A program made the translations under genes and the position numbers. 64,000 bases of DNA from Myxococcota bacterium (GTDB lineage: Bacteria; Myxococcota_A; UBA9160; SMWR01). The stretch covers positions 17,805 to 81,804 of the forward strand of contig DATFWW010000025.1 of the NCBI GenBank assembly GCA_035258825.1, written 5' to 3'. Shown here in pieces: positions 22,652 through 31,500 of the stretch (position 1 is its first letter; each line of letters begins with the position of its first letter). The notes beneath the pieces are model-generated. The model did no database searches and was not told the origin of the DNA. It worked only from the letters and a program-made list of their open reading frames with translations.

Positions 22652-23956
22652 TCAACCGGCCGGAAGCGGCTCTTCGCTCTGCTCGCCGCTCGCGAGGTCG
22701 CGCACGAGCGCGACTCCGCGAGCGAGCTCCTCCGGCCCGATCAGGTAGATCCTTCGTGCACCCGCGCGATCGGCATCGGCGAGCGCGCGCTTGAGCTTCA
22801 TCGGCGCGAGCGCGAGCTCTACCGAGGTGCCGCCCGCGCGCAGGCGCTGCGCTACCCGGATCGCCGCGGGGCGTTCCGCCTCGGTGAACGGGAACACCAC
22901 GGCGTCGAGCACGCGAGGCAGCGCGGGCCGGACGCCCTCGTCGTCGAGCAGTGCCTCGATCACCGCGTCGCCGAAGCCGAAGCCCACCGCGGGCATCGCC
23001 GGGCCGCCGAGCGCTTCGAGCAGGCCGTCGTAGCGTCCGCCACCGCAGATCGCGCGCAGCTTGCGCCCGGTGTCGAACGCCTCGAACACGATCCCGGTGT
23101 AGTAGGCGAGACCGCGCACGATCGAGGCGTCGAACTCCACGCGGTCGGAAACACCGTAGGCGTCGAGCAGCTCGAACAGGCGCAGGAGGTCGGCGCGCGC
23201 GGTGGCGCCCGGTGGCAGCCCGGCCGCCGCGGTCTCGACGTCGCGCACCGCGAGCCAGGCCACCACGTCTCGCGCAGCCGCCGAGGAGAGGCGGATCGCT
23301 CCGCTCGGGTCGCAGAGCTGCTCCAGCACCGCGTCGGGTCCGATCTTGTCCAGCTTGTCGATCGCGACGCACAGCGCCGGGAACACCTCGGGCCGGCCGC
23401 GCAGTGCTCCCGCGCGCAGCGTCTCCTCGAGCAGCGCGCGGCTGCTGATCCCGACCCGCACCGCGCCGCGCGCGAGGCCGAGCCGGTCGACGAGCGCGAA
23501 CACGGCCGCGATCAGCTCGGCCTCCGCCGCCACGCCGGGCTCGCCCCAGATGTCCATGTTCCACTGGTAGTGCTCGCGGCGCCGCCCGCGCGTCATGCGC
23601 TCGTAGCGCCAGCACTGTGCGATCGCCGTCCAGCGCAGCGGGAGCCGCAGGCTGCCCGCGCGCGCCATCACCATGCGTGCGAGCGACGGCGTGAACTCGC
23701 CGCGCAGCGCATAGCGGCGCCCGTGCAGCTCGAAGTGGAACAGCTGGCCGCTGATCTCCTCGCCGGCCTTGCGCGTGAACAGCTCCTCGTACTCGAGCAC
23801 GGGCGCGTCGACTCCCTCGAAGCCGAACGCGCGCGCGACGGCGCGGAAGTGATCGAACAGCCAGTCGCGGAAGCGCAGATCCTCCGGATAGAAGTCGCGC
23901 GTTCCGCGCGGCGGCTGGAGGGGGGATCCGCTCTTCTCGCTCACGGCGCGTTCCAT
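22652..23956 (-). CDS. hisS: Histidine--tRNA ligase
   Basis: It contains 'PRGTRDFYPED' (motif 1 region), 'WRYERMTRGRRREHYQWNMD', 'GLAYYTGIVFE' and 'GGGRYDGL', plus a C-terminal anticodon-binding domain. The start is at the internal ATG (MERAVSEKS...). Confidence 0.9.
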   Translation of the reverse strand: MERAVSEKSGSPLQPPRGTRDFYPEDLRFRDWLFDHFRAVARAFGFEGVDAPVLEYEELFTRKAGEEISGQLFHFELHGRRYALRGEFTPSLARMVMARAGSLRLPLRWTAIAQCWRYERMTRGRRREHYQWNMDIWGEPGVAAEAELIAAVFALVDRLGLARGAVRVGISSRALLEETLRAGALRGRPEVFPALCVAIDKLDKIGPDAVLEQLCDPSGAIRLSSAAARDVVAWLAVRDVETAAAGLPPGATARADLLRLFELLDAYGVSDRVEFDASIVRGLAYYTGIVFEAFDTGRKLRAICGGGRYDGLLEALGGPAMPAVGFGFGDAVIEALLDDEGVRPALPRVLDAVVFPFTEAERPAAIRVAQRLRAGGTSVELALAPMKLKRALADADRAGARRIYLIGPEELARGVALVRDLASGEQSEEPLPAG

Positions 23957-24009
23957 ACCACAGGGCGGACCATTTGCTAGACAAGCGCGGCTCTCGCAGC
24001 GGAGGGACC

Positions 24010-25329
24010 ATGTCGATCCCCACATCGACCCGGAACGCGATCACACTGCTCGGGATCACGCTCGCGGCGTGTGCACTCTCGGGCTGCGGGCAGCGCGAAG
24101 AGCCGAAGCCGACCGCGCCGCCGGCGCCCGCTGCAACCGTGGCGCCCGCGGCGCGCGCGACGCCGGCCGACCTGCCGCGGGGTCTCGTGCTTTCGCTCGC
24201 GCAGTTCGTCACGAAGGAGGGCCAGTCGGTGCCGGGCCCGGCGCGGCTCGAGTTCCTCTACCGCAGCGGCGGCGTGTGGCGCACCACCTCGCTCGAGGAT
24301 CCGCAGAGCAACGTCTTCCACAAGGCGATGCTCTACCCGGCCGCGGACGGACCGCGCCTGCTCACGCTGGGCGGCACCGCTGCGATCGTAAAGGCCTGGA
24401 AGAAGGACGCGAGCGGTGCGCTCGAGGGGACCGTGCTCTGGCAGAAGGATTTCGGCGGCAAGTTCAGCCGCATGCGCGACGCCGAGATCGCCGACCTCTA
24501 CGGCGACGGCAAGCAGGACATCGCGGTGGCCACCCACGACCAGGGCGTGGTCGAGGTGCTGCGGCCCAGGGATGGCGGCTTCGAGCCCGTGGAGCTCGAC
24601 CGCCAGCGCGACATCATCGTGCATGAGATCGAGATCGGGGATCTCGACCACGACGGCGTGCCCGAGGTGTACGCCACGCCGAGCGAGCCGAACCGGCTCG
24701 AAGCGGGCGCCTCCCAGGCCGGCCACGTGGTGCGCTACGTGCCCGCGAAGAAGAAGGGTCGCGAGGTGGTGGCAGACCTGGGCGACCGCCACGCCAAGGA
24801 GATCCTCGTCGGCGACGTCGACGGCGACGGCACCGACGAGCTCTACGTCTCGGTCGAGGGCGTGCTCGACGCGGCCAAACAGCTCGTGCAGAAGGTGGAG
24901 ATCAGGCGCTACGACGCGGACACGCCGCCGAAGGGTGGCGCGGTGATCGCGACCATCGACGATCGGCTCTCGCGGTTCCTCACCGCTGGCGACGTCGACG
25001 GGGACGGCAAGAAGGAGCTGGTGGCGGCCGCGTTCAGCAGCGGGCTGTGGCTCTTGCGCCCGGGCGCCGACCCGAAGGGCGCCTGGAAGGTCGAGTCGAT
25101 CGACACCGACTCGGCCGGCTTCGAGCACGCCGCGATCCTGTGCGATCTCGACGGCGACGGCACGGACGAGCTCTACGTGGCCAGCGACAAGCACAAGCAG
25201 GTGCGGCGCTACACCTGGGACGGCCACAAGCTCGTCCGCGAGGTGATCTACGCGCGCCCGGACGACCGCCCCATCTTTACTTGGAACATCATGCCCATCC
25301 CGCGGGAACTGATCCCGTCGGGCGGCTGA
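24010..25329 (+). CDS. FG-GAP/VCBS-repeat lipoprotein
   Basis: It has the lipobox 'LAACALSGCG' and repeated 'DLYGDGKQDI', 'GDLDHDGVPEV', 'GDVDGDGTDEL', 'GDVDGDGKKEL' and 'CDLDGDGTDEL' calcium-binding FG-GAP loops. Confidence 0.8.
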   Translation: MSIPTSTRNAITLLGITLAACALSGCGQREEPKPTAPPAPAATVAPAARATPADLPRGLVLSLAQFVTKEGQSVPGPARLEFLYRSGGVWRTTSLEDPQSNVFHKAMLYPAADGPRLLTLGGTAAIVKAWKKDASGALEGTVLWQKDFGGKFSRMRDAEIADLYGDGKQDIAVATHDQGVVEVLRPRDGGFEPVELDRQRDIIVHEIEIGDLDHDGVPEVYATPSEPNRLEAGASQAGHVVRYVPAKKKGREVVADLGDRHAKEILVGDVDGDGTDELYVSVEGVLDAAKQLVQKVEIRRYDADTPPKGGAVIATIDDRLSRFLTAGDVDGDGKKELVAAAFSSGLWLLRPGADPKGAWKVESIDTDSAGFEHAAILCDLDGDGTDELYVASDKHKQVRRYTWDGHKLVREVIYARPDDRPIFTWNIMPIPRELIPSGG

Positions 25330-25512
25330 GGTCGCCTGCTGCGGGCTTCCGCGGCGGACCGCCGGCCTCAAGTTCTGCGCTGATCTCCCGACTCCTGGGT
25401 CGCCACTCATGGGGGGCCACTCCGGGGTCCCGGTTGTCAGAGTCGTATTGCCTGGGCTAATCCGGTGGGTCTCCGAATCCGGGCTTGATGGGGCCCCGGG
25501 GGGTGAGGTGAG

Positions 25513-28311
25513 ATGGCGAAGGCTCTGGTGATCACGGAGAAGCCGAGCGTCGCGCGCGATATCGCGGACGCACTCGGCGGCTTCCGTGAGGAAGAGGGCT
25601 ACTCCGAGCGCGAGGACATGATCGTGACCTTCGCGGTCGGGCACCTCTACGAGCTGCTCGCCCCCGAAGAGCTCGACGAGAAGTTCAAGCGCTGGACGCT
25701 CGACGTGCTGCCGATCCTGCCCGAGGAGTTCCGCTACAAGGTCAAGAAGGGCCAGGCCGACCGGATCCGCACGATCCAGCGCCTGCTGCGGCGCGACGAC
25801 GTCGATTCGATCGTGAACGCGTGCGACGCCGGCCGCGAGGGCGAGCTGATCTTCCGCGAGATCGTCGAGAACCTCGAGTCGCGCAAGCCCGTGCGGCGGC
25901 TGTGGCTCCAGTCGATGACCGACGACGCGATCCGCGCCGGGTTCCGGCAGCTGCGCCGCGGCGAGGAGCTCGAGGGCCTCGCCGACGCGGCCGCGTGCCG
26001 TGCCCAGTCGGACTGGCTGATCGGCATGAACGCCACGCGCGCGCTCACCAAGCGGCTAAAGAGCCGCAAGGAGAAGACGTCGTGGTCGGCCGGCCGCGTG
26101 CAGACGCCGACGCTCGCGATGCTCGTCGACAAGGAATTCGAGGTGCTCGCGCACGTGCCGCGGCCGTTCTGGCGCGTCACGGCGGCGTTCGAGCACGAGG
26201 GCAACCGCTACCAGGGCAGCTGGTTCGATCCCGCGTTCGACGCGGGCGACGACCCCGACCGCAAGGACGACCGCATCTTCGACGCCGCGCGCGCCGCCGC
26301 GATCGCGTCCGCGGTGGCCGGCGCGCCCGCGCTCGCGAGCGAGACGCGCAAGCCGTCGCGCGAGTCGGCGCCGCCGCTGTTCGACCTGACGAGCCTCCAG
26401 CGCGAGGCGAACCGGCGCTTCTCGTGGTCGGCGCGCCGCACGCTGTCGGCCGCGCAGCGCTGCTACGAGCGCCACAAGGTGCTCACGTATCCGCGCACGA
26501 GCAGCAAGTGCCTGCCCGAGGACTACCGCGAAACCGTCGCACAGACACTCGCCGCGTTCGCCGAGACCCGGCGCCGCGACGAGGGCTTCGCCGACCTCGC
26601 GGCCGCGGCCGTGCGGCTGCGCGAGAACGGGCTCGAGAACGAGGCGCGCATCTTCGACAACTCGGGCGTGACCGACCACTTCGCGATCGTGCCGACCGGC
26701 TCGATGCCGCGCGAGCCCCTCACGGGCGACGACAAGCGCCTGTTCGATCTCGTCGCGCGGCGCTTCCTCGGTGCGTTCCACCCGCCCGCGCAGTGGGAGC
26801 GCGTCGAGCGCGCGACGGTCGCGGCGGGGGAGAACTTTCGCACGCGCGCGCGCTCACTCGTGGTGCCGGGCTGGCGATCGGTGCTCGCCGACACCAGCGA
26901 CGAGGAGGAGACGCCGCTGCCCGCGCTGGTCGCGGGCGCCGAGGAGGCGAGTGGCGTCGCGGTGCGGGCGCTCGAGGCGAACAGCGAGGCCGAGGAGACC
27001 AGGCCGCCCGCGCGCATCACCGAGGCGCGGCTGCTCTCGCTGATGGAGAACGCGGGTCACCAGATCGACGACGAGGAGCTCGCCACCGTCCTGCACGAGA
27101 AGGGCATCGGCACACCCGCCACGCGCGCGGACATCATCGAGAACCTGATCGGGAAGGGCTACGTGGTGCGGATCGGCAAGGCGCTGCGTCCGACTGTGAA
27201 GGGCATCCGCATGATCGACACGCTGCGGCGGATCCACATCGATCGGCTGACCTCGCCCGAGCTGACCGGCGAGATCGAGTGGCACCTGCTCCAGGTCGAG
27301 CGCGGCGGGCGCACGCGCGGCGACTTCATGGGCGAGATCACCGACTACACGGTCGAGATCGTCGACCGCGCCAAGACCTTCGGTTACGACGAGCTCTACG
27401 ACCCGAACGAGACGTTCGGCAACTGCCCGAACTGCGGGCGGCCCGTGGTCGAGATGGCGTGGTTCTACCGATGCCGCGAAGAGCCCCCGCGCGATCCCGA
27501 CTGCCCGATGCGCTTCTGGAAGGACATCTCGGGCCGCTATCTCGACAAGCGCACGCTGCGCGCACTGATCGCGAACGGCACGAGCGGAGAGATCGACGGC
27601 TTCACCGCGCGCAGCGGGCGCACCTACCGCGGCGCGCTCACGATCGACACGGAGGCGTGGAAGGTCGAGGTGAAGTCGGCGGGCTGGAACGACGAGGCCT
27701 CGACCGACGTTCCCGAGTACGAGGTGGACCCGGAGCCGCTCGGCCGCTGCCCATTCGAAGAGGACTGCGCGATCGTCGAGTCGCCCACGCTGTTCGTGTG
27801 CGAGCGCAGGCTCAAGGAGTCCGAGCTCAGCAAGGAGGAGCGCAAGAAGCGCAAGGAGGACGGCGCGCCGCAGAGCTGCGGGCTCGTCCTGCCGCGCACC
27901 GTGTGCAAGCGCGAGATCACGCGCGAGGAGGCCGAGTTCTACCTGCGCACGGGCAAGACCGAGCTGCTCACCGACTTCACGTCGCGCTTCGGCCGCCCGT
28001 TCTCGGCCACGCTCGTGCTGAAGGACACCGGCCGCCACGGCTTCGAGTTCCCGCCGCGCAAGCGCGCCGGCGAGGACGAGAACGGCGCGGCCAACGGTGC
28101 CGACGCGTCGCCCGCAGAGACTCCGGCGCCGAAGAAGCGGGCGCGCGCCAAGAAGGCGCCGGCGAAGAAGGTCGCCGCCGAGGTGCCTGCCGCGGCCAAG
28201 GCCGCGCGCACGAAGGCGCCGCGCAAGAAGGCGTCGCCGAAGCCGCAAGTTTCGCGCGGCGAGCCGAAGACGGGCAAAGGCCACAAGGGGAAGGCTGCTG
28301 CGGAGGAGTGA
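25513..28311 (+). CDS. topB: DNA topoisomerase III with C-terminal zinc-ribbon modules and lysine/alanine-rich tail
   Basis: It has the Toprim 'ALVITEKPSVARDIA', 'NACDAGREGELIFREI', 'DWLIGMNATRALT' and the active-site Tyr context 'LTYPRTSSKCLPEDY'. It also carries Cys4-like motifs and a tail 'KKRARAKKAPAKKVAAE...'. Confidence 0.9.
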   Translation: MAKALVITEKPSVARDIADALGGFREEEGYSEREDMIVTFAVGHLYELLAPEELDEKFKRWTLDVLPILPEEFRYKVKKGQADRIRTIQRLLRRDDVDSIVNACDAGREGELIFREIVENLESRKPVRRLWLQSMTDDAIRAGFRQLRRGEELEGLADAAACRAQSDWLIGMNATRALTKRLKSRKEKTSWSAGRVQTPTLAMLVDKEFEVLAHVPRPFWRVTAAFEHEGNRYQGSWFDPAFDAGDDPDRKDDRIFDAARAAAIASAVAGAPALASETRKPSRESAPPLFDLTSLQREANRRFSWSARRTLSAAQRCYERHKVLTYPRTSSKCLPEDYRETVAQTLAAFAETRRRDEGFADLAAAAVRLRENGLENEARIFDNSGVTDHFAIVPTGSMPREPLTGDDKRLFDLVARRFLGAFHPPAQWERVERATVAAGENFRTRARSLVVPGWRSVLADTSDEEETPLPALVAGAEEASGVAVRALEANSEAEETRPPARITEARLLSLMENAGHQIDDEELATVLHEKGIGTPATRADIIENLIGKGYVVRIGKALRPTVKGIRMIDTLRRIHIDRLTSPELTGEIEWHLLQVERGGRTRGDFMGEITDYTVEIVDRAKTFGYDELYDPNETFGNCPNCGRPVVEMAWFYRCREEPPRDPDCPMRFWKDISGRYLDKRTLRALIANGTSGEIDGFTARSGRTYRGALTIDTEAWKVEVKSAGWNDEASTDVPEYEVDPEPLGRCPFEEDCAIVESPTLFVCERRLKESELSKEERKKRKEDGAPQSCGLVLPRTVCKREITREEAEFYLRTGKTELLTDFTSRFGRPFSATLVLKDTGRHGFEFPPRKRAGEDENGAANGADASPAETPAPKKRARAKKAPAKKVAAEVPAAAKAARTKAPRKKASPKPQVSRGEPKTGKGHKGKAAAEE

Positions 28312-28455
28312 GCGGGCGGGTCCGCCCCGAGCTTCGAGGATGGGAGCACAGGCTTCCGCGTCGCACCCGAGCCGCACGGCGACTGGATGCTGATCGCGGG
28401 CGGCGTCGCGCTGATCCTCTTCGCAAATCGGCGCCGGTCACCTCGCTCGCGCGTA

Positions 28456-28500
28456 GAGGGGTGACCCCGCGCCGGCCGAGGGGTATAAAGGTCGAGGGGT
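28456..28500 (+). repeat. Three direct GAGGGGT(A/G) repeats upstream of the giant outer-membrane protein gene
   Basis: GAGGGGT occurs at 28456-28462, 28478-28484 and 28494-28500, with spacings of 22 and 16 nt. TATAAA at 28484-28489 is embedded between repeats 2 and 3. A GGTCACC/GGTGACC inverted repeat (28436-28442 / 28460-28466) overlaps repeat 1. Confidence 0.45.
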
Positions 28501-28514
28501 AGAAACCCCCAGGA

Positions 28515-31500
28515 TTGGGCAGACGGGGCGGACGGGCGCTGGGGGGTGGCCCGATTGCAGCCGGTGCAGTCGTGACCGGGTCGACCGGCTTTGCGCCGCG
28601 GCGGGGCTCGCTCCGCGCCGCGTGGCTGGCGCTCGCGCTGATTCCGGTCGGCGCGCATAGCGCGCATGCCGTCGACGCACTCGACGGGCGCCTCGAGCTG
28701 CACGGCCACGTCGAGACGCAGGTGCGCGCGATCAGCGAGAAGTTCTCGCAGGAGCTCGATCTAGCGCAGTGGTACAACGTGCTCGACCTCGAGATCGACG
28801 CCCATGTGCTGCCGCAGGGCTGGGGCCCGATCAATGTGATGAGCGCGCACGTGCGCGCCGAGGGCCGCTACGACGCGATCTACTCCCACGGCTTCGGGAT
28901 CTTCCCGAGCATCAACACGTACGGAAACAATGCGCGCCGCCTGCCCCAGCGCCTGCGCGACGCCAAGGACCCCGACCTCGCGGGCGTGACGCCGGGTCCC
29001 GAGGGTCCCGCCGAGCGGATCCCGGACAAGCGGCCCGCGCCGTTCGCGCCGATCGGCGAGCGCCGCGGGATCCCCGACTACGACATCTTCTTCCGCCAGG
29101 CCGGCGGCGACGACGTGACCGGTACGGCGGACGACCCGGCTCGCTATGCGAACGCGAAGATCCTCGACTATCGCTATGCGCTTACCGACGTGCGCGGCCC
29201 CGCGGGCCCCGGTTCGACGCGCGTGCTGGGCCCGTGGCTGCCGAAGAACATCCTCGTCGCCGAAGCGCTCGGGCTCGACCGCGCGAACCCGCTGCGCGGG
29301 CGGATTCCCGCCACGGCGATCCCGTCGGGCTGGAACGGCGCGACGGGCGGCGCGTTCAACGATCCCTCCGCGGTGCGGTTCTTCGCGGGCGATCCCCAGC
29401 TCGCGGGCTTCTCCGCGGCGCAGCTCGCCGGCTTCTCGATCGACGCGCTCGACCCGAACGGCGCGGTCGCCACCGCGCTGTTCGCGCCCGACTCGGTGAT
29501 CAGCGAGTTGTCGCGCGGCAAGTGCGAGCGTGCGGGGATCGCGAACTGCACCGTCGGCACCACCTTCGCCGATCCCGACGGCGCCGGCACCTATACCGTG
29601 AGGGCGCTGAACCAGTTCCCGCCGCGGCCGCTCGCCGGTGCGGGCGATTTCTCGCTGGGCACCACCGTGGGCGGGCTCGCGGTGCCCGCCTTCGGCGGCG
29701 ATTTCTCCGGAATCGTGCCGTGCCTCGACCCCACCGACCCCGACCTCGGGGGGCGCCAGCGCGGGGAGGCCGGGCCGCTGCTGCTCGAGGAGAACAGCGG
29801 CTGCATCCCGGGCTCGTTCGACACCGTGAACCAGGGCGGTGTCACGCAGTACGGGTCGCGCGTCACCAGTCCGCAGAACATCCGCTTCGTCGGCGGCCGC
29901 GGCGAAGCGCCGTTCCGGCCCGCACCCGACCGCAGCAGCACCGCGGTCGGCAACGCCGCGCTGCTCGACGCGCAGGGCCTCTACCTGCCGAGCGTGGGCC
30001 TGCGCCACACGCTGCGATCGGGCGATCTCGATCCGCTGATGTTCAACGTCAGCGAGACGGACCGCGCGTGGAACCGCGGCGCGGCCCAGGAACGCACCAA
30101 GGAGCTGAAGGAGGCCTACCTCGACTTCGAGGCGATCGACCACCGGCTCTGGATGCGGGTCGGGCTCCAGAACATCGTCTGGGGCAAGACCGAGGTGTTC
30201 CGCGTCACCGACCAGTGGAACCCGCAGGACCTCGGACTCTCGTCGCTGCCGACGCTCGAGGAGTCGCGCATCGCGCTGTGGTCGGCGCGCGCGATCTATT
30301 CGCTCTACGACGTGGGCCCGCTGCAGGACGTGCGCCTCGAGGTCGCGGCCAACCTCGACAAGTTCGTGCCCGCCGATCTCGGTGCGTGCGGCGAGCCCTA
30401 CGCCGCCGACTCCGTGTGCTCGCTCACCTACGCGATCGCCACGCACTCCTACCTCGGCGTCGGAATCGCAGGCGTCGACCGGCCCGAGACCCCGTGGAAG
30501 GATCCCTCCGACCTCGAGATCGGCGGGCGGATCGAGTGGCGCTGGGACCGCTTCACCTTTGCGCTGACCGACTTCTGGGGGCACAGCGATCTCCCGTATG
30601 CGGACGCGATCTTCTTCTACGACCGAAGTGTCGACCCCGCGACCGGGCGCCCCGTGGTGGCGCGGCTGCCGGGCCAGGCGCTCGGCACGTGCGTCCACGG
30701 CGGGCAGATCGCGCCGGATCCCGTGAACAAGCCGACCCCGACCTCGCCCGGGATCGCCTACAGCACGTCGTTCGCGTCGCATCCCTACTCGGTCACGACC
30801 GCGCAGAAACCCTACGCGCTCTCGGGCGGCGGCACCGACTCGCTGCCGGACGGCTCTCCGCTCGACGGCACCACCGCGATCCGCGGCGGGATCGGCAGCG
30901 ATCCGGACTGCCTGCGCCCGGGCGGAGCGCCCGGGTTCGCGAACGCCTACACGCTCGATCCGCCCGCGCTCGTCGCGGCCACCAACGCGCTCCAGTTCCA
31001 GTCGTCGAACCAGCAGCTGTTCGCGTGGTCGTGTCTCGCCACGGTCGGGATCGCATCCGCGCTGGAGCCCAGCGCGTGCGCGTGGACGTTCTTCGCGAGC
31101 GGCGAGAACCTGCGCAGCGTGAACGTGCCGATCGGCGAGGCGTTCGCGACGATGTTCGCAGGCGATCCCGATGGCCCGACCACCGTCCGCAACATGCAGG
31201 TGGTGCACAACTTCCAGAAGGACGCGGCGCTCAACGGCCCGCTGATCGCGTTTCCGGTCGCGTCGCTGAACCGGCTCGCGAACAACCCGCAGGCTCCGTT
31301 CGACCGCAACGCCAACGGAGTCGTGGACAACGGCGCGGGCTGCGCCGACGACGATCCGTCGACGCCGTGCGATCTGGGCGGCTTCGACGGCTTCGACACG
31401 CGCACCGTGCGCGCGCGCTTCCCGGGTGCGCCCACGCTCGACAGCTCGCTCACCAACGAGCAGCGCGCGCTGCTCGGCTGCGGCCCGTTCTACGGCGTGC

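Noticed and set aside
25330-25512. The lower-GC intergenic region upstream of topB, checked for a tRNA or small RNA.
   Set aside because: It has no cloverleaf-compatible arms and no GTTCGAATC-type T-loop. Only a weak sigma-70-like pair (TTGTCA ... CTAATC) is present, which is too weak to annotate.
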